DNA of 64,000 bases. Source: Candidatus Latescibacterota bacterium (GTDB lineage: Bacteria; Latescibacterota; UBA2968; UBA8231). Positions 47,937 through 58,396 of the stretch are shown here, one piece after another. The notes under the pieces were generated by a model. The model saw only the letters and a program-made list of their open reading frames with translations, had not been told where the DNA came from and did no database searches. The stretch lies in contig OZ241362.1 of assembly GCA_965200315.1 (NCBI GenBank), forward strand, positions 1 through 64,000. The letters run 5' to 3'. A program made the position numbers and the translations under genes. The first letter of the stretch is position 1. Every line of letters starts with the position of its first letter.

Positions 47937-49477
47937 CGCCATTTGAAAATCCGTTTGCAGATTACGGCGGGATTGTTCACGGCGACCGTTTCATCGGGCG
48001 GCAAGAGAGCTTGAAGGTTATCGACAGTCGGCTCATCCAGCCGAAAGAGCCGGCCAATCTGGCAATTATCGGTCAGCCACGCAGCGGGAAAAGCAGCCTT
48101 GTTTATCAAGCACTCATTGAGCGTAAAGATCAACTCATAAAGGATCGTTTCATTCCAATATGGGTCAATCTTTCGACGTATGAAGAGTCGAGAGCCTTCT
48201 TTCAGTCCTTGGTCCCTGTGTGTCTAGAGGAGCTTGAGGACTTAGATCTGCTCGATACGGGAATTCAGCGAGCAGCAGACCGAGCCGGCGACAGCCAACT
48301 GTCATGGAATGAAAGGTATCGCAAGATTCAACGGTTCTTCAAGAAAGTCCGGGAGACCGGATATCGCATACTCCTCATATTAGATGAATTTGATAGTGCG
48401 CGGTATCTTTTTAAGAACAGCGTTTCCGACTTTCAAAAATTGCGGGAACTATCTTATGCACCAGAATTGGGCATTACCTTGATTACAACTTCTCGGCGGA
48501 GCATTAAGGCAATTGAATTACAGGCGGGTGATATTTCTACGCTGAGTGAGACTTTTCGGAGGCACTATTTAGCGATGTTTGATGCTCAAGAGCTACAAGT
48601 ATTTTTTGATCGGCTTGCCGCGGCAGGTGTAAACGCCTGCGAGACATTGAAGAGCGATATACTGTCCTATTGCGGCGGCTATCCTTTTCTACTGGATATG
48701 CTCGGCTGTGAGATTATTGAAATGTGTCAAAAGGAGCAGGAGATTGACGTCGAAAAGGCTGTTACCCAAATTGATCAATCCTTATTTGGTCACTACGATC
48801 ATATTGTCGATCTCTCAAAAGAAGATGGAAACTTAGATGGATTAATCCAAATTCTTTTTGGCCCCGTTATTGACGTCAAGCAAGAAACCGTCAATGAATT
48901 TCTTGGCTACGGACTAATTCGAGAATCCGATGATGGAACGTACGTAGGATTTTCCAAACACTTCCATGACTTTCTCCGACTAATTGAGCGCAAAAGTAGT
49001 GGTGGCGACCTATGGCCGATATGGAGGGATACTGAGCGAGTGCTGCGACAGTTTATTTCGGCCACCATGTTAGAGAAGTATGGTGAGCGGTGGGTGGAAC
49101 AGCTTGAAAAGCAGCATAAGGGAATCCGAGCCATTTTTGAGGAATGCCGAAACTCACAAAAAACAGACGAACGCAAATTTGGCAACCGCGCCTCTCAAAA
49201 TCTGATTGATTTCACTTATCCCGCTGATCTGTTTAGCATTATCTCCTCAGAGTGGATTACTTTTAAGGATACCTTCGGTAAGGACAAACGCTACTGGAAT
49301 GAACGCTCAGAGTTGTTATCTAAAGTTAGAACTCCATTAGCCCACAACCGCGACGAAGTTCTCCAAGAATATGAACGGCAAATCGCCGAAGGGTACTGTA
49401 ATGAAATCCTGACGACGCTTGAAGAAAAAATTCCGCTGGCGACTCGTGCGCCTACCAAAAATGAGGAGAACCAGTGA
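47933..49477 (+). CDS. STAND-type AAA NTPase with C-terminal Swt1-like HEPN domain
   Basis: FIGRQE, GQPRSGKS (48071), ILDEFD, CGGYPF; TERVLRQFI...YG..W...RTPLAH (RxxxxH at 49328-49345); ATGA overlap with the upstream gene. Confidence 0.85.
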   Translation: MTPFENPFADYGGIVHGDRFIGRQESLKVIDSRLIQPKEPANLAIIGQPRSGKSSLVYQALIERKDQLIKDRFIPIWVNLSTYEESRAFFQSLVPVCLEELEDLDLLDTGIQRAADRAGDSQLSWNERYRKIQRFFKKVRETGYRILLILDEFDSARYLFKNSVSDFQKLRELSYAPELGITLITTSRRSIKAIELQAGDISTLSETFRRHYLAMFDAQELQVFFDRLAAAGVNACETLKSDILSYCGGYPFLLDMLGCEIIEMCQKEQEIDVEKAVTQIDQSLFGHYDHIVDLSKEDGNLDGLIQILFGPVIDVKQETVNEFLGYGLIRESDDGTYVGFSKHFHDFLRLIERKSSGGDLWPIWRDTERVLRQFISATMLEKYGERWVEQLEKQHKGIRAIFEECRNSQKTDERKFGNRASQNLIDFTYPADLFSIISSEWITFKDTFGKDKRYWNERSELLSKVRTPLAHNRDEVLQEYERQIAEGYCNEILTTLEEKIPLATRAPTKNEENQ

Positions 49478-50577
49478 GCGGCCCACTAGCGTATCCCACG
49501 TATAAGAGCCTCGGCGTACGCCCCCTGATCAACTGCCAAGGGACCTACACCATCATCAGCGGCTCGTTGATTTTGCCCGCAGTGCGGCAGGCCATGGTCG
49601 AAGCCTCCAAACAATACGTCCACCTCGACGAGCTGATGGAGGCCGTTGGAGCGCGCATCGGCGAGCTGATGCAGTGCGAGTGGGGGCTTGTTACCAATGG
49701 CTGCGCTGCGGCGTTGTGCCAAGTTACGGCTGCTTGCGTGGCGGGCACCGATCCCGAGAAAATGGCGCGATTGCCCGACACTACGGACATGAAAAACCAA
49801 GTCATCGTCCAGCCTAGCCACCGCCACGGGTACGATCACGCCGTGCGCATGGTCGGCGTCGAAATGGTCGAGGTCGCCACGCGCACCGAACTCGATGCGG
49901 CCTTGTCGGATCGTACGGCCATGCTGTTGGTGTTTGGCGATGCGGCCGAGCGTGGCCAGATCTCGGTGGCGGATATGGCGGCGGCTGGGCGGCGACGCGG
50001 TGTACCGACGTTGGTCGATGCCGCGGCCGAGCGGCCGGATGTGCCCAACTGGTATTTGGAGCAAGGAGCCGATGCAGTGGCCTATTCGGGCGGCAAGTGC
50101 CTGCGCGGGCCGCAGGCATCGGGCTTGGTCTTGGGCCGCAAGGACTTGTTGCAGGCAGCTTTCCTCAACGGGGCACCGCACCATGCGCTGGGGAGGCCGA
50201 TGAAAGCGGGCAAGGAAGAAATCATGGGGCTGCTGGCAGCAGTGGAGCAGTGGATAAGGCGCGACCACGCGGCCGAATGGCGGGAGTGGGAGCAGCGGCT
50301 CGCGGTCATCGCCGATGCAGTGGAAAAGTTCCCCTCGGTGGCGACGCAGGTTAGCCAGCCCGGGCGCTCGAATGTTGCGCCGAACTTGGCGGTGCGTTGG
50401 GATCGGGATCGGCTGGCAATCAGCGGCCACGAGCTAGCGCGTCAGCTATCGGTTGGCCAACCGCGCATCGAAGTGCCAGCACACGACAGCGGCTTTGCAA
50501 TCAATCCCTATATGATGGAGCCGGGCGAGGAAGACATTGTGGCGCGGCGGGTGAGCGAGGTTTTAGCTGCGGTGTAA
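49474..50577 (+). CDS. SelA-like / DgaE-family PLP-dependent enzyme
   Basis: LGVRPLINCQGT, VTNGCAAAL, VDAAAE, YSGGKCLRGPQASG, RPMKAGKEE. Confidence 0.9.
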   Translation: MSGPLAYPTYKSLGVRPLINCQGTYTIISGSLILPAVRQAMVEASKQYVHLDELMEAVGARIGELMQCEWGLVTNGCAAALCQVTAACVAGTDPEKMARLPDTTDMKNQVIVQPSHRHGYDHAVRMVGVEMVEVATRTELDAALSDRTAMLLVFGDAAERGQISVADMAAAGRRRGVPTLVDAAAERPDVPNWYLEQGADAVAYSGGKCLRGPQASGLVLGRKDLLQAAFLNGAPHHALGRPMKAGKEEIMGLLAAVEQWIRRDHAAEWREWEQRLAVIADAVEKFPSVATQVSQPGRSNVAPNLAVRWDRDRLAISGHELARQLSVGQPRIEVPAHDSGFAINPYMMEPGEEDIVARRVSEVLAAV

Positions 50578-50736
50578 GCGCCCAATCGCCAGACTCAATC
50601 AAGGCACAAACACTTTCAGGACGATATTAAGTAAAGCCAAAATCGCCGTCAGGTCTTAAAACTACCCTTGACTTCAGCTACATCTGCCTTCGTAGCCAAG
50701 TGCTCATAGGCTCCTTCAAGCCGAGGTTGCGCTACT

Positions 50737-52782
50737 TCAGTTGGGCCGCTCGCCTCGGCGCAAGGCTACGGACAGCGGCTGGGTCCCGGCCTTGTTGGGC
50801 TTTGACACCTTGCCAGTGCGAGGATCCACACTGTAGATCTGCACATCCTCAGGCACGTCAAAATCCTTTTCCGCCCGCTCCTCGTTTACCGCAATCATAA
50901 AATCCGTCCATATAGGCGCGGCACCGTTGCCGCCGGCAATCTGCTCCCCAAGCGTATCCACCAGCTTGTGGGTGCGGCGGTCGTCGAATCCCACCCAGAC
51001 GCTGGTGATTAAGTCCGGTGTGAAGCCAGTAAACCAAGCGTCGGTATTGTCGTTGGTCGTGCCGGTCTTGCCGGCGGCCGGCCGCGTAAAGCCGAGCTTG
51101 CGCACTTGGCGGCCGGTGCCGCGGTCCACGTCCACGGTCTGGCGCAAGAGGTGGACCATCTGCGCGGCGAGGTCGGGCGCGATAGCTTGGCGGATCTGCG
51201 GCTGGTGGGTAAAAATCTGCTGGCCGTCGGCATCGACGATCCGCTCTATCAAGGTCGGCTCAACCTGCAAGCCATAGTTGGCGAAAGTGCCGTACGCCGC
51301 CGCCATTTCCAATACCGAGACTTCGGCGACGCCCAAGGCAATGCTCCTATAGGCCTGTATGGGCCCCGCAAAACCCAAGCGGTGGGCCATCTCGACAACG
51401 CGCTTCGGACCAACGCGCTCGGAGATTTGTACGGTCGTGGAGTTGGCCGAGCGGACCAAGGCCCACGCCGCAGTCGTCCGCCCCAAGTAGCGGCCGCCGT
51501 AGTTGCGCGGTTGCCACTTTTTCCCGTTGACGATATAGGTGCGCCGCTGGTCGTCAAAGATGGTTACGGGGCTTATTTTGCCGGCTTCCAAAGCGGCTAG
51601 GTAAGCGATCGGCTTAAAGCCCGAGCCGGGCTGGCGACGGGCGGTGAGGGCCCGGTTGTAGTAGCTGATGAAAATATCCCGGCCGCCAACCATGGCCAGC
51701 ACGTTCCCGGTAGTGGACAGGCACACCAACGCGCCTTGGACGTAGGCCGGGCGCTCTTCCATCCCGGCTTCCGAATAGGGCTTAAACCCTAGCCGCTCGT
51801 CCAATTCGGCCATCCCCTTAGCCACGGCCGCTTCGGCCGCTTCTTGCATTGCAACGTCCAAGGTGGTATAGACCTTCAAGCTCCCGTGGTGCAGGGCCGA
51901 AGGCCCCCACCGGCGGACGACTTCCTCGTTGACGGCTGCGGCCCAATAGGGCATGGGGTTACGGGGTGGATAGACGGGATTGACGAGGTCGTCGGTGTGG
52001 AGGGCGGCGTATTCGCGGCGCGTTTCTCGGTCGAGAAAGCCGCTGGCGACCATGCGGTCGAGTACGTGTTGCAACCGCTCGGTGGCCTGTTGGGGATACC
52101 GCAGGGGATTGTACGCGGTCGGAGCGTTGATTTGGCCGATGAGCATGGCAGCGCGAGGCAGGCTCAGCGAGTCTGGAGTTGTGTTGAAGAAGGTGGCCGC
52201 GGCGGCGTGAATGCCATAGGCATTGGTGCCGTAGAAAACCTCGTTGAGGTACAGCTCTAAGAGGCGACCTTTGTACGCCGGGTAGCCGGCGGCATGGGTG
52301 CCGGGGTACGAGGTGGCAAAAGACCGCTCTAGCTGCACGGCGAGAAGTGCTTCTGAAAGCTTGCGCGTAAAGGTCTTTTGCGGCGAAAAAAACAGGCGCT
52401 TGACGAGCTGTTGGGTCAAGGTACTGCCGCCGCGAATGATGCTGCCGGCTAGCAGGTTGTCGCGCACCGCGCCGACAATGGACAGCAGGTCAAGGCCGCG
52501 GTGGTGGTAAAAGTGCGCGTCCTCAGTGGCGATGAGCGCGTTGGGCACATGGGGGCTGATATGTTCGAGGGGCACCCATTGGCGACTCTGATTGAAGGTG
52601 TAGAAGAGCTCGCCCGAGGCCGCGTAGATTTCCGTGCCAGGGCGAATGCCCAAGTCGTGAGGATCGGTGGGCAGGCTGGGTAAGTTGGGGGTCATGCGCC
52701 AGACGACGTACCCTACGCCTAGCCCGGTTGCCAAGATGAGGAACAGGGCCAAGACCGCGCCGATAAGCAGCGAGCGTCTCAT
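50737..52782 (-). CDS. Class A penicillin-binding protein (PBP1A family)
   Basis: ATEDAHFYHHRG, GGSTLTQQLVK, ELYLN, RQPGSGFKP (SxxK), SAN, GKTGTT. Confidence 0.95.
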   Translation of the reverse strand: MRRSLLIGAVLALFLILATGLGVGYVVWRMTPNLPSLPTDPHDLGIRPGTEIYAASGELFYTFNQSRQWVPLEHISPHVPNALIATEDAHFYHHRGLDLLSIVGAVRDNLLAGSIIRGGSTLTQQLVKRLFFSPQKTFTRKLSEALLAVQLERSFATSYPGTHAAGYPAYKGRLLELYLNEVFYGTNAYGIHAAAATFFNTTPDSLSLPRAAMLIGQINAPTAYNPLRYPQQATERLQHVLDRMVASGFLDRETRREYAALHTDDLVNPVYPPRNPMPYWAAAVNEEVVRRWGPSALHHGSLKVYTTLDVAMQEAAEAAVAKGMAELDERLGFKPYSEAGMEERPAYVQGALVCLSTTGNVLAMVGGRDIFISYYNRALTARRQPGSGFKPIAYLAALEAGKISPVTIFDDQRRTYIVNGKKWQPRNYGGRYLGRTTAAWALVRSANSTTVQISERVGPKRVVEMAHRLGFAGPIQAYRSIALGVAEVSVLEMAAAYGTFANYGLQVEPTLIERIVDADGQQIFTHQPQIRQAIAPDLAAQMVHLLRQTVDVDRGTGRQVRKLGFTRPAAGKTGTTNDNTDAWFTGFTPDLITSVWVGFDDRRTHKLVDTLGEQIAGGNGAAPIWTDFMIAVNEERAEKDFDVPEDVQIYSVDPRTGKVSKPNKAGTQPLSVALRRGERPN

Positions 52783-53663
52783 CGCGCCAGCCCAAGGCGT
52801 TGTTGCACGGTCTTGGCCGCCAGCACGAGCGTGGTGGCCTGGTCGCCCGGCACGAGCGCGTACGCGGCGAATTGGTCCCCACTGCGGGTCAGGCGCAGCT
52901 CAAAGCCGTCGGCGCTGTCCCAGGCCTCGAGTAATCGCTCGGTCTCGCTCTGGCGCAGCGAATCGGCCCGGGCTTGTACGATCTGGTCTAAAGCCGCTTT
53001 GATGATCGGCCCGGCATCGCTTTGCGTGGAATCGGGTTCGGCGTACAAAAGTGGTGCTAGGTGCTCGCGCCAGTAAGCCATGTCTTCCTCTTTCATCTTC
53101 AGAAAAGTCCAAGCCTCAGACTCGTCTTTTGCCAGCAGCCGCTTGTGGAGCTGGTGGAAGAGTGCGCCGTCCTCTAAGGCCACTTGCGTCTTGACGAGAG
53201 CGTGGAGATACGAGTGGTCGTCGGGTATGATGGCTTGGGTTAGCAAGTAGCGGCCCTGCTCGTAGATCTGTAGGGAATAGGCCAGCTCGCGCCGGGTCTC
53301 TGGATTGAGGGGATCGGGTTGGAGGGCCGTGTCGCGCCGTGTGACCGCAAAGAATACCGCGTGCGCGCCGTGGTACTGGAGCTGGTAGTGGTTTTGCAAA
53401 ATCGGCAGCGGGGCTTGACTCGGCTCTAGGGGCGCTTCGGCCAGCGAGTCGGATAGGGCCCTGCGGCTCTGCCGACTGGCGAGAATGCCCTCCCACAGCG
53501 CACCTCTTGGCTCGCGCTGTGAGTTTTGCTGCATCAGGTATTGACCGATGTAGCCCGCCACCAATTGGGTTTGATATTCGAGCAAGAACAGCAGGCAAGC
53601 CGCGCCGAAGGGCACCGACGCACACAGGGCAATGCGACCGAGAATACGAAAAAAAGAACGCAT
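52779..53663 (-). CDS. Hypothetical membrane-anchored protein
   Basis: N-terminal hydrophobic helix; ATGA overlap with the PBP gene. Confidence 0.75.
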   Translation of the reverse strand: MRSFFRILGRIALCASVPFGAACLLFLLEYQTQLVAGYIGQYLMQQNSQREPRGALWEGILASRQSRRALSDSLAEAPLEPSQAPLPILQNHYQLQYHGAHAVFFAVTRRDTALQPDPLNPETRRELAYSLQIYEQGRYLLTQAIIPDDHSYLHALVKTQVALEDGALFHQLHKRLLAKDESEAWTFLKMKEEDMAYWREHLAPLLYAEPDSTQSDAGPIIKAALDQIVQARADSLRQSETERLLEAWDSADGFELRLTRSGDQFAAYALVPGDQATTLVLAAKTVQQRLGLAR

Positions 53664-53776
53664 AGCGACACAATAACTTCGGGGCGGCTGCTTGTCAAAA
53701 GTGCTTGCCCATTTTGGGCGGCTAATGGTACTTTTGACAGAGAGGCGATTAATCTATCTGGGGAGGTAGAAATACT

Positions 53777-54760
53777 ATGAAACGCCTAAAATTTGCATGG
53801 ATTGCCGTCGTTGGGTTGTGGCACTGCGGTGGCGATGGCGAAAAGGGCACCAGTCCCGTCGCGACCGTTGATCCTCCGCAGGGGCCGCATGCGCTAAGCG
53901 TGGAGCGCATCGGCGACGGCGAGGTATGGCTCAATTGGCAGGCTGCCGAGGGTGCAGGCGAGGTGCTCTACGTCGTCTATCGCTCGGTAGGAGACGATGC
54001 GGCCGTGGCCATTGACTCCACGTTCCAGACCCGATTCAAGGATCAGGGGCTAGCATACGAGCTGGAGTACACCTATCGAGTAACCGCGCTAAACGGCGGC
54101 GGCGAGAGCGACCCCTCGAATGCCATCAGCGGACAGCCCCTCAACAGCTTGACCCCGCAGATGCCGACTGCGGTGAGCGCCACAGCGCACCACCTCGAAG
54201 TGTTCGGCCAGCTCGACATCGCACTTACTTGGAATGAAAACGCGGAGACCGATCTGATTGGCTACCGGGTCTATCGCTCGATTGAGCAGGGTTTCACCCC
54301 GGCCCTTGAGCATTTGCTCATGCAGGTGTCGGGGCCGGGTTTTACCGACGAGGATGTCGAGGTCGGCACGGTGTACTACTATCGGATTACGGCGATAGAT
54401 CGCGGCGTCAAGGAAAGCAATCCCTCCGCGGAAGTCAGCGATGTCGCGCTGCCCTCGCCGGTGCTGGTGGCCCCGGTTGCCGGGGAAGAGACCGCCGCCC
54501 CGTTGACCTTTACTTGGAGCCGCTTGCCCGAGGCGCGCACATTTCGGGTGATCGTCACCACCTCGCTGACCAGCGGCGAAGTGTCGGACATGCCGCTGAC
54601 TAGCGATACCACGGCCGTATTTACCGGTCGCATTAAGGATGGGCGCTTGGTCGCGCTCGAACCCGGGCAAATGTACTACTGGAAGGTCGTGGCCAGTACG
54701 CACGATGGGGGGATTGAGAATTCGGTGAGTCAGGTTGAGAGTTTTAAAGTGGCTGAGTAG
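53777..54760 (+). CDS. Fibronectin type III domain lipoprotein
   Basis: Signal peptide with Cys; YTYRVTAL..GESDPSN, DLIGYRVYRS, YYYRITAID..ESNPS. Confidence 0.85.
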   Translation: MKRLKFAWIAVVGLWHCGGDGEKGTSPVATVDPPQGPHALSVERIGDGEVWLNWQAAEGAGEVLYVVYRSVGDDAAVAIDSTFQTRFKDQGLAYELEYTYRVTALNGGGESDPSNAISGQPLNSLTPQMPTAVSATAHHLEVFGQLDIALTWNENAETDLIGYRVYRSIEQGFTPALEHLLMQVSGPGFTDEDVEVGTVYYYRITAIDRGVKESNPSAEVSDVALPSPVLVAPVAGEETAAPLTFTWSRLPEARTFRVIVTTSLTSGEVSDMPLTSDTTAVFTGRIKDGRLVALEPGQMYYWKVVASTHDGGIENSVSQVESFKVAE

Positions 54761-54766
54761 CTAGTG

Positions 54767-56089
54767 ATGGACGCGGATATAGACGCCGGGGCCCGGCGCG
54801 TCGTCGCGACCTTGCGCCGGGCCGGCTTCCAAGCCCTGCTAGCCGGTGGTTGTGTGCGCGACTTGGCGCTGGGGCGCGTGCCCAAGGACTGGGATGTAGC
54901 TACGGATGCCGGGCCAGAAGAGGTGGCTGTGCTCTTTGCACACACGGTGCCGGTAGGCGCGCAATTTGGCATCTCGGTAGTGATGCTCGACGAGGGCGAC
55001 TACGAGGTAGCGCGCTTTCGCCGCGACGGCCCATACCGCGATAGCCGCCATCCCGCATCCATTGCGCCGGCCGACGCCCGCGTCGATGCCGAGCGCCGCG
55101 ACTTTACCATCAACGGCCTGTTCTACGACCCAGAGGGCGGTAAACTGCTCGATTACGTCGGTGGACAGCGCGATCTCCACGACAAGGTCATCCGCGCCAT
55201 TGGCGACCCGGCCGCGCGCTTTGCCGAAGACCATCTGCGCCTGTTGCGGGCCGTGCGCTTTGCGGCCCGGCTCGACTTTGCCATTGAACCCGCGACGTGG
55301 GCCGCGCTCTGCGCCCAGATCGAGTTCATTGCCAGCGTCAGTGCCGAGCGCCTCCGCGACGAGCTAACCCTGCTGTTGACCGATGGTGGGTCTAGGTGCG
55401 GCTTGCGCCTTTTGGACCAGTCGGGCCTGCTGCAAGCCGTGCTGCCGGAAGTCGCGGCCATGCAGGGCGTACCGCAAGACGCTGAATTCCATCCCGAAGG
55501 CGACGTGTGGACCCACGTCCAGCTTCTCTTTGACTATCTCGACGAGCCGTCGGCTGAGCTGGCTTGGAGCGCATTGCTCCACGACATTGGCAAGCCGTCA
55601 ACGATGGTGCGAGCCGAGCGCCTCCGCTTCCACGGCCACGACGCGGTCGGGGCCAAAATGGCGGATGCCATCTGCGGGCGGCTGCGGATGTCCAATGAAG
55701 CGCGGCGGCGCATCTGTGCGCTTGTGGCCGACCACATGCGGATCGGTGACGTGCGCCAGATGCGCCCGAGTACGCTTATGCGCCTGTTGCGCGAGCCGCA
55801 CTTTTCCGAACTGCTCGAATTGCACCGCGCCGATTGCTTGGCCAGCCACGGCAAGCTCGACCTGTACGAGTTTTGCCAAGAGCAGTTGGCCGCTTTGGGT
55901 CAAGAGCAGCTACGTCCACCGGCTTTGCTTACGGGCGACGACTTAATCGCCTTGGGCTTTGCCCCTGGGCCTCTGTTTAGGGAAATTCTCACCGCTGTCG
56001 AGGATGCCCAGTTGGACGGGCGACTCGACAACTACCAATCCGCGCTGCGTTTTGTGCAGCGCAAATTCTGCGCTGAGCCTGCTACTTAG
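54767..56089 (+). CDS. cca: CCA tRNA nucleotidyltransferase / poly(A) polymerase family with HD domain
   Basis: GGCVRD..G..PKDWDVAT, RRDFTING, EDHLRLLRAVRF, LLHDIGK. Confidence 0.9.
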   Translation: MDADIDAGARRVVATLRRAGFQALLAGGCVRDLALGRVPKDWDVATDAGPEEVAVLFAHTVPVGAQFGISVVMLDEGDYEVARFRRDGPYRDSRHPASIAPADARVDAERRDFTINGLFYDPEGGKLLDYVGGQRDLHDKVIRAIGDPAARFAEDHLRLLRAVRFAARLDFAIEPATWAALCAQIEFIASVSAERLRDELTLLLTDGGSRCGLRLLDQSGLLQAVLPEVAAMQGVPQDAEFHPEGDVWTHVQLLFDYLDEPSAELAWSALLHDIGKPSTMVRAERLRFHGHDAVGAKMADAICGRLRMSNEARRRICALVADHMRIGDVRQMRPSTLMRLLREPHFSELLELHRADCLASHGKLDLYEFCQEQLAALGQEQLRPPALLTGDDLIALGFAPGPLFREILTAVEDAQLDGRLDNYQSALRFVQRKFCAEPAT

Positions 56090-56146
56090 TTGGCGGGCTG
56101 TTGGGTTGGATGGGCGGCTAGACCGAGCGGTTTGTGCAATGTGCGT

Positions 56147-58048
56147 TCAGTCCCGCCCCCGCTTGAGCACCTCTAGTACCGGCTGGTGCCCAGCCGGCGA
56201 CATCAGATACAGCCCGCTCCAGCCGTCGGCGCGGGCTTGACGCACTTGCTTGGCAGCCAATTCGACGCCCGCTTTAGCTTGGTCGGCCGGGTCCGCATAC
56301 GCGGCCAGCTTGGCAAAAACCTCTTGCGGCACCACCACTCCAGGCACCTCGGCAATGCGCCGAGCGTGTTCCAACCCCCGCAGCACCATGACTCCTACAA
56401 TGATCGGCACCTGATCTCGATAAGTGGTCAGGGCCGCTAGGGCCTTGTAGTCAAAGGTCGGCTGGGTCATTACGTAATCGGCACCCGCGTCGATTTTGTG
56501 CGCCAGCCGCTCCCACTCGCGCTGGAGATCGAGGGCTTCTGGCTCGCAGCCTGTGCCAATAGTAAAGTGGGTGCGGGGGTCGCGGTGCGAGCCGAGCGGT
56601 TGGCCGCCAAAGTCCAGTCCTGCATTGAGGAAGGCGTGGGTATAGCCAATGAGGGCGGTGGAGTCGAGATCGAAAACAGCGGTGGAGCGCGGATAGGTCG
56701 GTGCCATTTTTGGGGGATCGCCGGTGATGAAAAGGACGTTGTGAATGCGGTTGGCCCAATAGCCGATGAGCCGGCTTTGCAGCCCCATGGTGTTGAGGTC
56801 GCGGCCGGTGCAATGGGGAATGAGCTCAAGGAGATCGTGCGACCAGTGCAAGCGGCGGCGGATGAGCTGAACGAAGTCGCCCGGCGGCATTAGGGGGATA
56901 CCGCGCGAGCCATCGGTTAAGTCTAGGGCATCGGCCAAGCCCGAGGCGGCCAATTCGGCGACAAAAGCGAGCCGGGCTTTCAGGCCGCCGGTGCCACGCG
57001 GGGGCAGCAACTCGACGCTGACTGCGAATTGGCCGTTGACGATCTTACGCGAGAACGGGCCATTGCGGCGCTTGGCGGCTGCGTCGATTGGTTGCTGGCT
57101 TGGCGTCTTGGCCAAGGGGACGATGCGCTCCCCGGCCGCAAGGCCGTGGAGGTAGTTGTGCATCTCGTGGATGTGGGGGGGATGGACCTCGCAACAGCCG
57201 CCGATGAGGCGCACGCCCTTGTGCGCCATTTCGCGGGCAAAGCGCCCCATGCACTCGGGGTTGACGCCCGTCAGGTAGCGATGGCCCACGCGCCGGAACT
57301 CGCCGCCGTTGGGCATGACCGCGAGTTGGACTTGGCCGTCGCGCACGGATGCACATTCTTGCGCCGCGTCGAGGAAGGCTCGCGCTTCTGCGAGCGCACA
57401 GCAGTTGATGCCAACGACATCTGCGCCCGAAGACGCGGCGGTTTGGACGTATGTTTGGGGGGCTTGCTCCCAAGTGCCATCGCGCTGGTGCAAGGCCATC
57501 TGGACGATGACTGGCGAGGGGTTGTCGAGGTCCTTTAGCAGCTCTAAGAGGGCGGCGACCTGATTGAGGCAAGTAAAAGTCTCCAACAACAGGGCATCGA
57601 CACCGCCCTCGACGAGGGCCTCAATTTGGGCGCGGTACAGGTCGCTGGCCGTGCGCGGGAGTTGGGCCGCAGACAGGGGAGGGCCTAGGGAGCCGAGGAC
57701 GAACAAAGGATCGCTGCACTGGGCTTGGTGGCGGTATTGGTCAATGGCCTCGCGTGCCAAGCGCACGGCCGTCGCGTTGATCTTGGCGATGGACTCAGCG
57801 GAGGGATAGGTCGCGTTGGCGGCAAAGGAATTGCTGGTCAGGCATTGGGCGCCGGCTTGCAGATATTCGAGGTGGATTTGGCGGACGAGTCCTGGGCGGG
57901 CGAGGTTGAAGGCTTCGTAGAGGTGATTTTGCTCGGAGACGCGGCCGGTAAGCGCGAACAGGTAAGAACCTAGGGCACCATCGGCTAGCCAGGGGCGGTG
58001 GTGGAGGGCGGCGAGGAATGGGTGCATGGGGACAGCGGGGTTGTCCAC
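56147..58048 (-). CDS. yitJ: Bifunctional homocysteine S-methyltransferase / 5,10-methylene-THF reductase
   Basis: DGALGS, GINC, IGGCC, SVELLPPRG, ITGDPP, GADYVMTQP. Confidence 0.88.
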   Translation of the reverse strand: MDNPAVPMHPFLAALHHRPWLADGALGSYLFALTGRVSEQNHLYEAFNLARPGLVRQIHLEYLQAGAQCLTSNSFAANATYPSAESIAKINATAVRLAREAIDQYRHQAQCSDPLFVLGSLGPPLSAAQLPRTASDLYRAQIEALVEGGVDALLLETFTCLNQVAALLELLKDLDNPSPVIVQMALHQRDGTWEQAPQTYVQTAASSGADVVGINCCALAEARAFLDAAQECASVRDGQVQLAVMPNGGEFRRVGHRYLTGVNPECMGRFAREMAHKGVRLIGGCCEVHPPHIHEMHNYLHGLAAGERIVPLAKTPSQQPIDAAAKRRNGPFSRKIVNGQFAVSVELLPPRGTGGLKARLAFVAELAASGLADALDLTDGSRGIPLMPPGDFVQLIRRRLHWSHDLLELIPHCTGRDLNTMGLQSRLIGYWANRIHNVLFITGDPPKMAPTYPRSTAVFDLDSTALIGYTHAFLNAGLDFGGQPLGSHRDPRTHFTIGTGCEPEALDLQREWERLAHKIDAGADYVMTQPTFDYKALAALTTYRDQVPIIVGVMVLRGLEHARRIAEVPGVVVPQEVFAKLAAYADPADQAKAGVELAAKQVRQARADGWSGLYLMSPAGHQPVLEVLKRGRD

Positions 58049-58389
58049 TAATGCCCGTGCTCGTCGTCAATGCCAGCGGCGTATTCCGCAGTTTTGGCGT
58101 ATAGTTGCTCCCGGCTGAGCAAGCCCTTGGCAATGATCAACTCTTCAAGCGAAGCGACCCAGCGAGCATAATAGCTCGAGGAGTCGTTATTTTGATCGGC
58201 CGCCGCGATTGTCGCTGCTAATTCCGCTCTGAACTCGCGCCATTCGTAGAGGTCTTTCTGGTTAAGTGCAACCGCAAGGCCCAAGGCGCGTGCTTCCCAG
58301 GGGGCCTGAAAAACCAGCGCGCCATTTTCTCTGGGCAGGGCGATTTGTGCTTCCATTGCGGAGATTGGTCCGTCGGCTTTTTGCGTCAT
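58048..58389 (-). CDS. Nitrile hydratase accessory protein
   Basis: LPRENGALVFQAPWEARALGLAVAL, YYARWVASLE. Confidence 0.92.
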   Translation of the reverse strand: MTQKADGPISAMEAQIALPRENGALVFQAPWEARALGLAVALNQKDLYEWREFRAELAATIAAADQNNDSSSYYARWVASLEELIIAKGLLSREQLYAKTAEYAAGIDDEHGH

Positions 58390-58396
58390 CGCGGCC

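Noticed and set aside
49474-50577. SelA-like gene as third component of the STAND-HEPN system (GTGA overlap), or as true selA
   Set aside because: GC content and codon usage switch back to the host pattern, so the overlap is likely an insertion by-product. It is the short SelA-like/DgaE type with no selB/selC nearby.
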